Origin: a virus
Taxonomy: Duplodnaviria; Heunggongvirae; Uroviricota; Caudoviricetes
Length of the DNA: 64,000 nt
Virus record (IMG/VR): IMGVR_UViG_3300042940_001739
Direction: 5' to 3' (one strand)
Every line of letters starts with the position of its first letter. Position 1 is the stretch's first letter. The translations under genes and the position numbers were made by a program. Below, piece by piece: positions 48,836 through 58,692 of the stretch. The notes under the pieces are model-generated. The model worked only from the letters and a program-made list of their open reading frames with translations. It made no database searches and was not told the DNA's origin.

Positions 48836-50467
48836 ATGAGTATTTCAAACTTATTACAAACAAATGACTTCGTTCAAAGAAACAATGCTAAATTAGCAGT
48901 TTCTAAATGGGAGAAGACAGGATTATTAGAAGGTCTTAGATCTGAGACTGAAAAAGCAGGTATGGCGCAATTGCTTGAAAACCAAGCACGTCAATTAGTA
49001 AAAGAAGCAACTTCAACAGGTACAACAGCTGGATCTGAAGAGTGGGCTGGTGTGGCTTTGCCATTGGTACGTCGTATTTTTGCTGAATTTGCAGCTAAAG
49101 AATTCGTATCAGTTCAACCAATGAACTTACCATCAGGACTTATTTTCTATTTAGATTTTAAATATGGTACAGCTCAAGCTGGATTTGATGCAGATAACAA
49201 CGACAGAACAGGTGATCCATTTAGTTCTCCAAATGCTGATGATTCATTATTTGGTGTTACAACTACATCAGGTGATCCATCAGGAGGTCTTTATGGTGCG
49301 GGTCGTTTCGGATACACTTTAAATGATGTATCTGCAACAGGTGTTGCTGCAACTACAGCTTCTGCTGCTTCAGCAGGATCAGGGTCAGTTAATTTTGATT
49401 CAGATTATACAGCAAACTTAGCAGGATATACAGTTGTTTATGTATCAACAGGTTCATTAACTTCTCCAGACTTAAACGCAGTTCGTTCATTCGTATTAAC
49501 TTCAGGTTCAAATGTAACTGCAGCAATGAATGTTCCAGCATTTACAAAATTCAACACAGCAACTGGTAATATTGAGTTCTTCGTATCTAAATCAGCAGGT
49601 ATGAGCGGAACAACATTGTATTCAGTAGCATATAGCAAACAACCAACTGATATCACTCGTGGTGACTTTGAAGATAAAACAGCTTACGGTAACGGATATA
49701 ATGCTGACATCGACATTCCAGAAATCAACTTGGAAATGCAATCAGAGCCAATCGTTGCTAAAACACGTAAATTGAAAGCAGTTTGGACTCCAGAGTTTGC
49801 TCAAGATTTGAACGCTTACCATTCAATTGATGCTGAAGCAGAATTAACTTCTATGTTGTCTGAATACGTTTCTATGGAAATCGATTTAGAGATCTTAGAT
49901 ATGTTGATCGCAGCAGCTCCAACAACTGAGTATTGGTCAGCTAAAAACAACAACGTATGGAACGGAACTGGTTTTACTCAAACTGATTCAACTGGTGCTG
50001 GATTCTACAACACTCAAGGTGGTTGGTTCCAAACTTTAGGTACTAAACTTCAAAAAGTATCTAACAAAATTCACCAAAAAACATTACGTGGTGGTGCTAA
50101 CTTCTTAGTAACAAGTCCAGCAGTAGCTACAATTCTTGAGTCTATCCCAGGATTTGCTGCTGACACAGACGGTACTAAAATGGAATTTGCAGCTGGTGTT
50201 CAAAAAATTGGTGCGATTAATAATCGTTACACAGTTTACAAAAACCCATACATGAAAGAAAATGTAATATTAATGGGCTTCAGAGGTGCGCAGTTCTTAG
50301 AGACAGGTGCAGTATTTAGTCCTTATATTCCGTTGATCATGACTCCATTAGTGTACGATCCAGTTAACTTCACTCCACGTAAAGGTGTTATGACACGTTA
50401 CGCGAAAAAAGTAGTTCGTCCAGAATTCTACGGTAAAGTTTACGTACACGGGTTAAACACTCTTTAA
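48836..50467 (+). CDS. Major capsid protein (T4 gp23-like)
   Basis: LENQ, LPLVRR, VSVQPMNLPSGLIF, AKTRKLKAVWTPEFAQDL, YIPL, TPRKGVMTRY. Confidence 0.97.
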   Translation: MSISNLLQTNDFVQRNNAKLAVSKWEKTGLLEGLRSETEKAGMAQLLENQARQLVKEATSTGTTAGSEEWAGVALPLVRRIFAEFAAKEFVSVQPMNLPSGLIFYLDFKYGTAQAGFDADNNDRTGDPFSSPNADDSLFGVTTTSGDPSGGLYGAGRFGYTLNDVSATGVAATTASAASAGSGSVNFDSDYTANLAGYTVVYVSTGSLTSPDLNAVRSFVLTSGSNVTAAMNVPAFTKFNTATGNIEFFVSKSAGMSGTTLYSVAYSKQPTDITRGDFEDKTAYGNGYNADIDIPEINLEMQSEPIVAKTRKLKAVWTPEFAQDLNAYHSIDAEAELTSMLSEYVSMEIDLEILDMLIAAAPTTEYWSAKNNNVWNGTGFTQTDSTGAGFYNTQGGWFQTLGTKLQKVSNKIHQKTLRGGANFLVTSPAVATILESIPGFAADTDGTKMEFAAGVQKIGAINNRYTVYKNPYMKENVILMGFRGAQFLETGAVFSPYIPLIMTPLVYDPVNFTPRKGVMTRYAKKVVRPEFYGKVYVHGLNTL

Positions 50468-50521
50468 TATTTAATTGAATTATTTTAATTAATGATTTAT
50501 TGAATTAAGGAATAAGGAAAA

Positions 50522-50551
50522 GGGGTGGCTTCGGTCATCCCTTTTTTACTG
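50522..50551 (+). terminator. Intrinsic terminator after MCP
   Basis: GGGGTGGC-TTCG-GTCATCCC (cUUCGg loop) followed by TTTTTTACTG. Confidence 0.9.
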
Positions 50552-50581
50552 TTCAAATATTTATATAAAAAGAAAAACAAT

Positions 50582-50857
50582 ATGGCAGTTCCGCACAACA
50601 AATATTCGATGCAAGCTATAATTCGTTATGATGGACGATTAGTAGATGTATTAGATAGAATCAGAGCAATTAGTTTAGTACTCATGGTTCATATTGAACA
50701 AGATTTAGGACCTGAAAAAGAATTAGTAACTATAAAAGTGATGACACCACATCCTCCACGTGATACATTCTATGGAATTAGAAAAGCATGTTTAGGTAAA
50801 ATTGAAACACTTAAAGATATGACGTTACAAGATACTACACTTACAAAATTATTTTAA
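50582..50857 (+). CDS. Small hypothetical protein (possible ferredoxin-like fold)
   Basis: Probable ATG at 50582 after late-type motif at 50557. Confidence 0.65.
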   Translation: MAVPHNKYSMQAIIRYDGRLVDVLDRIRAISLVLMVHIEQDLGPEKELVTIKVMTPHPPRDTFYGIRKACLGKIETLKDMTLQDTTLTKLF

Positions 50858-50874
50858 TTTAAACAAAGGTTATT

Positions 50875-51534
50875 ATGGCAACACCGAACAAGGAGAAAAC
50901 TCCTCCAAAGAATGATATTAAATTTTCAATTACATTATCTGAGGAACAAAAGGAAGCAAAAGCAAAAATAATTGAAACACCATTCAATTTTATATTAGGG
51001 AAAGCAGGTTCGGGCAAAACACTTTTAGCAGTGCAAATTGCATTAGATATGTTTTTTAAACGTCGAGTTAACAAACTTATTATAACAAGACCAACTGTGT
51101 CGAATGAAGATAATGGATTCTTACCAGGATCACTTACAGAGAAAATGGAACCATGGTTAGTTCCAATTCGTAGCAATATGCGTAAGGTTTATAATAAACC
51201 GGAGCTACTAGAAAAAATGGAAAAGGAAGAAAGTATTGAACTTGTTTCACTAGCACACTTTCGCGGAAGAACATTTGACAACGCAGTTTGTATTGTAGAT
51301 GAATTCCAGAACTTAACAAAAGAACAATTAAAAATGGTATTATCTAGATTAGGTAAAGATAGTATCATGATTTTATGCGGCGACAAATATCAGGTAGATT
51401 TAAAATTTAAAAATGATTCTGCAACACACGAAGTTCCTAAATTGCGAGATTCAAAATGGGTTAATGAAATCATTTTATTAGATAATCATCGCCACGAAGC
51501 TTTAGATGATATTTTAAATCGTCTAAATGATTAA
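50875..51534 (+). CDS. phoH: PhoH-like ATPase
   Basis: GKAGSGKT, IITRP, GFLPGSLTEKMEPW, FRGRTF, IVDEFQN, CGDKYQVDL. Confidence 0.95.
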   Translation: MATPNKEKTPPKNDIKFSITLSEEQKEAKAKIIETPFNFILGKAGSGKTLLAVQIALDMFFKRRVNKLIITRPTVSNEDNGFLPGSLTEKMEPWLVPIRSNMRKVYNKPELLEKMEKEESIELVSLAHFRGRTFDNAVCIVDEFQNLTKEQLKMVLSRLGKDSIMILCGDKYQVDLKFKNDSATHEVPKLRDSKWVNEIILLDNHRHEALDDILNRLND

Positions 51535-51565
51535 TAACTATATTTATTTATAAAAGGAAACAACA

Positions 51566-52795
51566 ATGGATTATAGTGAAAATAAGCCAATTTGGCCAGG
51601 AAGTTCATCATTTACGGTGGGGTCTACACCTTTTGGATTTTTTGACAATGAGACATTGTTTCAATCACATTCAGACAGTTTTGCTCAATATGCAGCACAA
51701 CACCTAGGATATCCTATAATGGATGTCGAACTACAAGATATTAACTTTTATACAGCATTTGAAGCTGCTATAATGGAATATTCAAATCAAGTTAATCAAG
51801 TTAATATTGTTAACAACTTGATGAGTACATTAGGTATACAAACTGGTTCGAACTTCTTATCTAGTAATGGATTCACAGGACAAGTTGTAGGAAATTCATT
51901 TGGGTATGTATCAAAACTGTCAAAAGCATATGGAACAGAAGCTGATTCAGGTGGTACTACTACTTGGAAAAAAGCAATGATTGAAATGGTTCCTGGGCAA
52001 CAAACTTATAGTATTAGAACTGCTGTATCTAAATCATTAGGTATTACCTTATCAAATACTAGTTCAATTGAAATTAAACGAGTACTTCATAATCCACCGC
52101 CAGCAATTGTTAGATACTTTGATCCATTCGTAGGAACAGGTTTAGGTTCACAACAATTGATGGACTCATTTAACTTTGGAGGCTTTTCTCCTTCAATTAG
52201 TTTTATGATGATGCCAATACATGCAGATTTATTGAGACTACAAGCAATTGAGTTTAATGATCAAATACGTAAGTCTCATTACACATTTGAGATACATGGA
52301 GATGATATTAAATTTTATCCAATACCAACATCAGGTACAGGAAGTTCGGCATCATCTATATTTTACGGACAAGTTTGGATTGACTATATCTTCGAAGAAC
52401 AAAAGAATAATGACGCACTTTTATTCGGCAATACAGCACTTATAAACGGTGCGGTAAGTGACGCGTCTAATATACCATATACATATCAAAAATACAGTAG
52501 CATTAATGATATGGGGCGTGCGTGGATTATTAAATATGCAACGGCTCTAGCAAAAGAAATGTTAGGCTTCGTACGAGGTAAATATAGTTCAGTTCCAATT
52601 CCAAATTCAGAAATAACATTAAATGGATCTGAATTAGTCTCTCAAGGGCAAAGTGAAAAAGAATCGTTAATAACACAGCTTCGTGAATTTTTAGATAAAA
52701 TGACACGAGAAGCAATGATAACAAGACAAAATGCAGAATCAACTCAAATGAATGAAATTCTAGCAAAAGTTCCATTAAAAATTTATGTTGGGTAA
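51566..52795 (+). CDS. Neck/head-completion protein (gp13-like)
   Basis: LGYPIMDVEL...FEAAIMEY; WIIKYATALAKEMLGFVRGKY...ITLNG. Confidence 0.75.
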   Translation: MDYSENKPIWPGSSSFTVGSTPFGFFDNETLFQSHSDSFAQYAAQHLGYPIMDVELQDINFYTAFEAAIMEYSNQVNQVNIVNNLMSTLGIQTGSNFLSSNGFTGQVVGNSFGYVSKLSKAYGTEADSGGTTTWKKAMIEMVPGQQTYSIRTAVSKSLGITLSNTSSIEIKRVLHNPPPAIVRYFDPFVGTGLGSQQLMDSFNFGGFSPSISFMMMPIHADLLRLQAIEFNDQIRKSHYTFEIHGDDIKFYPIPTSGTGSSASSIFYGQVWIDYIFEEQKNNDALLFGNTALINGAVSDASNIPYTYQKYSSINDMGRAWIIKYATALAKEMLGFVRGKYSSVPIPNSEITLNGSELVSQGQSEKESLITQLREFLDKMTREAMITRQNAESTQMNEILAKVPLKIYVG

Positions 52796-52806
52796 GGAGA
52801 AGTTTA

Positions 52807-53328
52807 ATGGCACTATTTGGCGGAAAACGAGATGCTAGATTTTTAGCAGCAATTAATTCAGAATTGATCAATGCAATTGTTGACACAGAAATTGAATTTT
52901 TTAAATTAAGTGTAGAACAAAGCAAATCTAATTTGTATGGTGAATCTACAAAAAAAGCTTTTTATGATTCAATATTAATTCCGTGTTTAATTACAAAAGA
53001 AGGCAAAACTGCTTCTATGGATGATTTCGGTCATTCATATACTAGAACAGCACAATTTGGATTATCTAGAGATATCTTAGAAAGAGCAGACTTTTTTCCT
53101 GAAGTTGGCGATATCATATTATGGGATAATGAATACTATGAAATTGACAATGTAGATGCTAATCAGTATTTTGCTGGTAAAAACCCAGACACATGGCCAA
53201 ATGGATCAGAACATGGATATAGTGTATCAGTAATATGTGATGCACATGCAACAAGACAAACGCCACAAGGTATAAAAAATATTAGAAGAGGCGGCAATAA
53301 TGACGCACCTGCATATAAAGGATATTAA
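52807..53328 (+). CDS. Neck protein (gp14-like head closure)
   Basis: NLYGES, FPEVGDIILWDNEYYEI. Confidence 0.7.
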   Translation: MALFGGKRDARFLAAINSELINAIVDTEIEFFKLSVEQSKSNLYGESTKKAFYDSILIPCLITKEGKTASMDDFGHSYTRTAQFGLSRDILERADFFPEVGDIILWDNEYYEIDNVDANQYFAGKNPDTWPNGSEHGYSVSVICDAHATRQTPQGIKNIRRGGNNDAPAYKGY

Positions 53329-54551
53329 TGCCTAGATTGAATAGACAAAATATTGATCGTAAAACAAATAAACCAGAGTTAATTCGTACTGAAGGATTAA
53401 CGCCTGATTTATTGTTAAATCGTGCATCACAAATACGACGTGATGACGATGTTGTACGATCTCAGCAACGCACGGTATATGATATTGATTATGCAATTAA
53501 GTGGTTTCTTGATAATGATATACGACCACAAATAACTGCAGACGAACAATTAATTTCAGTTCCGACAATTTTTGCTAATGGTGAGAAGTGGGATAATGTA
53601 AGACGTTTAGGATATTTGCGTGATGAAAAAGGTATGTTACAATCTCCAGTAATCATGATAAAACGTAATAGCGTTGCAGAACGAGATTCACAAAAAACTT
53701 TAGATGTTAATCGTCCACAGTCTGCAAACCAATTGATTTATAAAAGCAAGTACAATGACAGGAATCGTTATGAAGACGAACTATTCCCAATTCCAACAAA
53801 TCAAAATCAACCATCAGAACAAATATATATTGTAGATATTCCTAAATATGTTACTTTAGAATATGAATTATTGATATGGTGTGATTTCACAGAACAAATA
53901 AACGAATTGATTGATCAAATACTGCCATATGGTAGATTTTCTTGGGGAAATGATGGAAATAAATTTCCAACTTCTATAGGTTCAATTAGTACCGAGACAG
54001 TTAATACCGTTGGCGAAGACCGTCTAGTACGAGCTACAATTCCACTAACTGTGCAAGGCACATTATTGTCAGCACAAGAAAATAGATTGTCAACTATAAG
54101 AAAAATGTATTCAATTAAAAAATTATCATTTGATACAGTGATTGATATCGATACAGATTTATTTAGTAGTACAATTGTACCAAATCAATTATTACAAGCA
54201 CAGAATATTATTTCAAGTGGCGGCAGTGTATTAGTATCAAGTGGTGGCTCTTCTACAACGGTAGATGCAGCAACAATGGGTTACTTGACACAATTAACAG
54301 ATCAGTTTGCAACATATTCATCTGCAACCACAGTAACAATTGCTGCGACTGCGAAAATTAATCCAACTACACTACAAACTGCTAGCAAAAATGAATTTAA
54401 TGTTTATATGAACGGACAATATATTGACAAGATTGCATATAATTGGACACCTAGTGATATGGCGACACAAACAATTGTATTTGATACTGCATTGCTAGGA
54501 TATAGCATCGAATCTCAAGACGTAATTGTAGTAAATGGGAGATGGGCATAA
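53328..54551 (+). CDS. Tail terminator/completion protein (gp15-like)
   Basis: DIDYAIKWFL, QSPVIMIKR, PKYVTLEYELLIW..FTEQINELI. Confidence 0.65.
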   Translation: MPRLNRQNIDRKTNKPELIRTEGLTPDLLLNRASQIRRDDDVVRSQQRTVYDIDYAIKWFLDNDIRPQITADEQLISVPTIFANGEKWDNVRRLGYLRDEKGMLQSPVIMIKRNSVAERDSQKTLDVNRPQSANQLIYKSKYNDRNRYEDELFPIPTNQNQPSEQIYIVDIPKYVTLEYELLIWCDFTEQINELIDQILPYGRFSWGNDGNKFPTSIGSISTETVNTVGEDRLVRATIPLTVQGTLLSAQENRLSTIRKMYSIKKLSFDTVIDIDTDLFSSTIVPNQLLQAQNIISSGGSVLVSSGGSSTTVDAATMGYLTQLTDQFATYSSATTVTIAATAKINPTTLQTASKNEFNVYMNGQYIDKIAYNWTPSDMATQTIVFDTALLGYSIESQDVIVVNGRWA

Positions 54552-56092
54552 TGACAAGACAATTAAGACCAGGCCAACTACGTACGGGTTCATTGTATGA
54601 TATTTCATCTAGTTTTGCATTAACAGCATCATATGCGTTAACAGGCTCTGGGTTTCCGTATAGCGGATCGGCTGTAATTACTGGAAGTTTATTAGTGTCA
54701 GGATCAGGCATAACAGGCTCATTATTTGGGACTGCTTCATTTGCAACAACAGCATCATATGCATTAAATGTACCAGTAACAGCATCATATGCGTTACAGG
54801 CATTATCTAGTTCATTTGCAGCAACAGCCTCATATATTGACACATTATATAGTAGCAACTATACTCAATCATTTAGCAATTCATCTACATGGACTGTTAT
54901 TCATAATTTAGAATCGCGATATGTTTTAGTACAAACGTATGACACTAATTATGATGAAATGATTCCGCAAAATATTGATTTAACAGATTCTAATACTGTA
55001 ACAATTTCGTTTCCAACTTTAGAAAGCGGAACAGCAGTTGTCACTGTCGGCGGAGCATTACAAAATCCATCGCCACAATCATCTTCATATGCATTAACAT
55101 CAACTTCAGCATCTTATGCATTAACAGCATCACACGCATTAAATGTAGGAGGTGCATCAGCAACAGCATCGTATTTAAACACATTGACACAAGATGTAAC
55201 ACTTAATGGTACATTTTATAACAATGCAAAAAATATTTATTTAGATTCAACAGCAACATTTCCATTTATAATTGGATATGGACCAGCTACTCCAAATATT
55301 ACAACAAATTTGATTGTAGGCACTGCAGCATTAACTCAAAACACAACCGGATATAATAATACTATATTCGGCCATGCTGCAATGCAAGTTAATCAAACAG
55401 GTTATATAAACACTGCAATCGGAAATGGAGCATTGGGTAGCAATGTAGCAGGATGGGCAACAACAGCAGTTGGTAATCAAGCAGCAGGAGGCGGTAATGT
55501 ATATAATAGTGTCGCAACAGGTTATCAAGCGTTATACAACGGCGGAAGCAATAATGTAGCATTTGGATACCAAGCAGGTAAAAATGCTAGTAACACGTCT
55601 CAGCGCAATGTTTATTTAGGATTTAGAGCAGGTACAACTAGTTCTGTAACAGAGTCTGATAAATTATACATACATAATGATTACGGCACTCCATTAATTG
55701 GAGGTGATTTTTCAACAAGAAATGTTACTATTACTGGTAATTTAACTGTTACTGGATCATTAATTGTTACGGGTTCAACTCAAAGTAATGTAGTAGCATT
55801 ATCAATTTCATCTAATACAGCATCTATAGATTTATCAAGATCGAGTTTTTATACATTACAATTAGTTGCAGGAACAACCACATTTATAAACCCTTCAAAT
55901 ATACGCCCAGGCGTTACAAGTACATTGCTTATATCAACGACAGGTAGTGCAACCGTTTCGTTTCCTACATCAGTAAAACAACCATCTGGATCAGCATATA
56001 TCCCAACTACAACTACTAGTGTTGATATATTAACATTTATTTCATATGATGAATCTACATTATATGTTGCTAACGTTAAGAATATGATATGA
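54551..56092 (+). CDS. Tail fibre/spike-like protein
   Basis: Probable ATG at 54551; TASYA repeats, WTVIHNL motif, beta-helix N.A.G..AL repeats. Confidence 0.75.
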   Translation: MTRQLRPGQLRTGSLYDISSSFALTASYALTGSGFPYSGSAVITGSLLVSGSGITGSLFGTASFATTASYALNVPVTASYALQALSSSFAATASYIDTLYSSNYTQSFSNSSTWTVIHNLESRYVLVQTYDTNYDEMIPQNIDLTDSNTVTISFPTLESGTAVVTVGGALQNPSPQSSSYALTSTSASYALTASHALNVGGASATASYLNTLTQDVTLNGTFYNNAKNIYLDSTATFPFIIGYGPATPNITTNLIVGTAALTQNTTGYNNTIFGHAAMQVNQTGYINTAIGNGALGSNVAGWATTAVGNQAAGGGNVYNSVATGYQALYNGGSNNVAFGYQAGKNASNTSQRNVYLGFRAGTTSSVTESDKLYIHNDYGTPLIGGDFSTRNVTITGNLTVTGSLIVTGSTQSNVVALSISSNTASIDLSRSSFYTLQLVAGTTTFINPSNIRPGVTSTLLISTTGSATVSFPTSVKQPSGSAYIPTTTTSVDILTFISYDESTLYVANVKNMI

Positions 56093-56826
56093 TAATTCCA
56101 TTTAGTTTTTTATATCCCGTACAGCCCAATATTAGCTCAAATAATACTTCATCTATAGTAACGTCGGGTTTAGTGTTTAACCTACAAACTGCACCAAATT
56201 CAGGAACTACGTGGATAGATGCTACTAGTAATGGATATGACGCAACTTTGCAAGGTTCTCCAACTTATGTATCAAATAATGGAGGTGGTATAAAATTAAA
56301 TAACGCAAGTTATACTGGAAATGACTATATCAGCGTTCCTTATAATATTAACAGCAATACGGTAACTGTCGAAATTGTAGCATCATTTAATCCAACCTCC
56401 CATTGGGCAACTGTTTGGGGTAATGAGGTTTATAGTGGAGGTCGCGGCTATTTTGCGTTTATGGGAAGTGCAACTGGTATCAACTATGGTAGACCTGGTT
56501 TAGCTTCCAATGAAGCAGTAACACCTAGCAATTCAATAAGGCATTGGACTTTTGTTATAAACAACACTGCACACAGCTTATACTTGAATAGTACGCAAGT
56601 CGGAACAACCGATACCATTACAGCTCAAACCCTATTCACTACTAATAATTTCTACTTTGGTTCAAGACATTCAAACGCCGGAACTGGACATACAGATAAG
56701 ATGAATAATTCAGGGTCAGCTTTTCAACCAGTATTCTACCAAATGAGATTGTACAATAGAGCCTTATCAGCTTTAGAAATTACACAAAACTACAATGCAA
56801 TTAAAACCACGTACGGACTACCATAA
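56089..56826 (+). CDS. LamG-like domain protein
   Basis: IVTSGLVFNL, RHWTFV, QMRLYNRALSALEITQNYNA. Confidence 0.8.
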   Translation: MIIPFSFLYPVQPNISSNNTSSIVTSGLVFNLQTAPNSGTTWIDATSNGYDATLQGSPTYVSNNGGGIKLNNASYTGNDYISVPYNINSNTVTVEIVASFNPTSHWATVWGNEVYSGGRGYFAFMGSATGINYGRPGLASNEAVTPSNSIRHWTFVINNTAHSLYLNSTQVGTTDTITAQTLFTTNNFYFGSRHSNAGTGHTDKMNNSGSAFQPVFYQMRLYNRALSALEITQNYNAIKTTYGLP

Positions 56827-56852
56827 AACGTAATAAACGATATTTATACTAA

Positions 56853-57104
56853 ATGAGACTATTTGCACCGATAATAACTGGATCACTTAATTTGACAGGC
56901 TCTTTAGCAGTCACAGGTTCTGTTGGAATCACTAGTACAGCTAATGATATTTTTATTATAAAGAATTGGAGCAATCAATCGTTATTAACAGTATCACAAA
57001 GCGGTGTAATAACAGTAGCAACTCAAAGTTCACAATTATCTAATCCAGCACCAAACGGAGGTATATATTTTACATCTACTTCATTTTGGGTAGGTTTGGA
57101 TTGA
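56853..57104 (+). CDS. Small structural protein
   Basis: ITGSLNLTGSL repeats; late-type motif at 56840. Confidence 0.65.
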   Translation: MRLFAPIITGSLNLTGSLAVTGSVGITSTANDIFIIKNWSNQSLLTVSQSGVITVATQSSQLSNPAPNGGIYFTSTSFWVGLD

Positions 57105-57149
57105 TTTTAACTGAAATACGATATTTATATATAAAACAAGGAAATAAAC

Positions 57150-58277
57150 ATGGCAGAATGGAAAAAGGTTGTTGTCTCGGGCAGTAACATTTCACAATTA
57201 AATAATGATTCTGGATATTTAATAGCTGCGGGCTTGCCGAACACATTTGCTACGATGTCAATCAATGGCGTAAATGTAATTACAGACGCACAGGCAGACA
57301 CATTAACATTCGCATCATCCTCAGGAGCAGGTTTAGCAATCGTAGGAGATGCTGGTGCGGATTCTATTACATTTACATTAGGCGCTATTCCTAATTCTAG
57401 TTTAGCTAATTCAACTATATCCGGTAAAGCTCTAGGAACTAACTTAGATTCATTAACAGCGGGAGCTGGATTATCTGGTACAGCATATAACGGATCTGCG
57501 GCACAAACATTCTCAGTTAACTCTGGGTCAATGTTGCCTTACTATTCTAGTTCAATTTTTGCAACTGTATCAGGTGATATCACAATATCTTCAGCAGGTG
57601 TAGCTTCTATTGCAGCTAACTCAGTAGCATTAGGAACTGATACAACAGGCGATTATGTTGCAAATTTAGGTACAGGTACAGGTGTTTCGATCGGTTCAAA
57701 TACAGGCGAAGGAAGTCAGCCAACAATTGCAGTTAATTATGGTTCGTCATCAAACACAGCAGTTCAAGGTAACACAACAATATCTTTAACTGGTACATCA
57801 AATGAAGTTGAAATTACAGGTACAACGGCACAAGCATTAGGAGCAGGTCCGTCATATACAATTGGATTACCTAATAATGTTACTATAGGAAATAACTTAA
57901 CAGTAACTGGCGATTTATATGTTAATGGTACAACTACAACTGTTAACACTGCGGACTTATATGTTGAAGATAAATTTATCTTATTAGCTTCAGGATCTGC
58001 AACAGCAGGTGATGGGGGTATTATAATTGATAGAGGTTCTGATGCAGCAGGCAATATTGCATTCGGTTATGATTCAGCAACAGACCGTTGGGGATACCAA
58101 AATGGATTAACTGATTCAACCAATGCGATTACAATTGGGACAGATGGTAATTCAGCATTTGCAGCATATGTATTTACTGAGACAGCACATACTTCAACAA
58201 AACCAACCACAGGTGAATTTGTAACAGCTGGTTCAATTTATACAAATACAGATGGTACAATTTGGATGTATGCATAA
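57150..58277 (+). CDS. Tail fibre-like protein
   Basis: MAEWKKVVVSGS N-terminus; IPNSSLANS; LTVTGDLYVNGTTTTVNT...VEDKFILL motif. Confidence 0.75.
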   Translation: MAEWKKVVVSGSNISQLNNDSGYLIAAGLPNTFATMSINGVNVITDAQADTLTFASSSGAGLAIVGDAGADSITFTLGAIPNSSLANSTISGKALGTNLDSLTAGAGLSGTAYNGSAAQTFSVNSGSMLPYYSSSIFATVSGDITISSAGVASIAANSVALGTDTTGDYVANLGTGTGVSIGSNTGEGSQPTIAVNYGSSSNTAVQGNTTISLTGTSNEVEITGTTAQALGAGPSYTIGLPNNVTIGNNLTVTGDLYVNGTTTTVNTADLYVEDKFILLASGSATAGDGGIIIDRGSDAAGNIAFGYDSATDRWGYQNGLTDSTNAITIGTDGNSAFAAYVFTETAHTSTKPTTGEFVTAGSIYTNTDGTIWMYA

Positions 58278-58297
58278 AATTTATTATAATTAGTTAT

Positions 58298-58498
58298 ATG
58301 GGTATTATAAACAGAAAACCACAAAATACAAAAGAAACGGAAAGCTCTTCAACTAACGAGGAGCTTTCGTTGTCTAAACAAGAAATTGAAGTATTGTTGA
58401 ACATGATTCGTACAAACTCATTTCTAGGAGAACATGTTGAGTCAGTATACAACATGGTAATTAAACTTCAACAACAATATCTAAACATTAAAGATTAA
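58298..58498 (+). CDS. Small helical protein (fibre chaperone-like)
   Basis: Probable ATG at 58298. Confidence 0.55.
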   Translation: MGIINRKPQNTKETESSSTNEELSLSKQEIEVLLNMIRTNSFLGEHVESVYNMVIKLQQQYLNIKD

Positions 58499-58503
58499 CG
58501 GTT

Positions 58504-58671
58504 ATGTTCACATTAGCAGAATTAACATTGTTGCGTCAAGCATTAGATGTAATCACAATCACAGGTAAAGATGCACAATATGTTGCACAGCTTCAAGTAA
58601 AAATTGAACAACAATTAACTCCCCCAGCTCCAACCGAAACACAATCTAAAGCTGCTCCTAAATCTAAATAA
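58504..58671 (+). CDS. Small helical protein (55 aa)
   Basis: Manual translation MFTLAELTLLRQALDVITITGKDAQYVAQLQVKIE...KSK*. Confidence 0.65.
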   Translation: MFTLAELTLLRQALDVITITGKDAQYVAQLQVKIEQQLTPPAPTETQSKAAPKSK

Positions 58672-58692
58672 ATCATATTTATATTAAATAAC

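Noticed and set aside
40999-50467. Introns, inteins or homing endonucleases in terminase, portal or capsid
   Set aside because: ORFs are continuous, of normal size, with no intein or HNH/LAGLIDADG motifs
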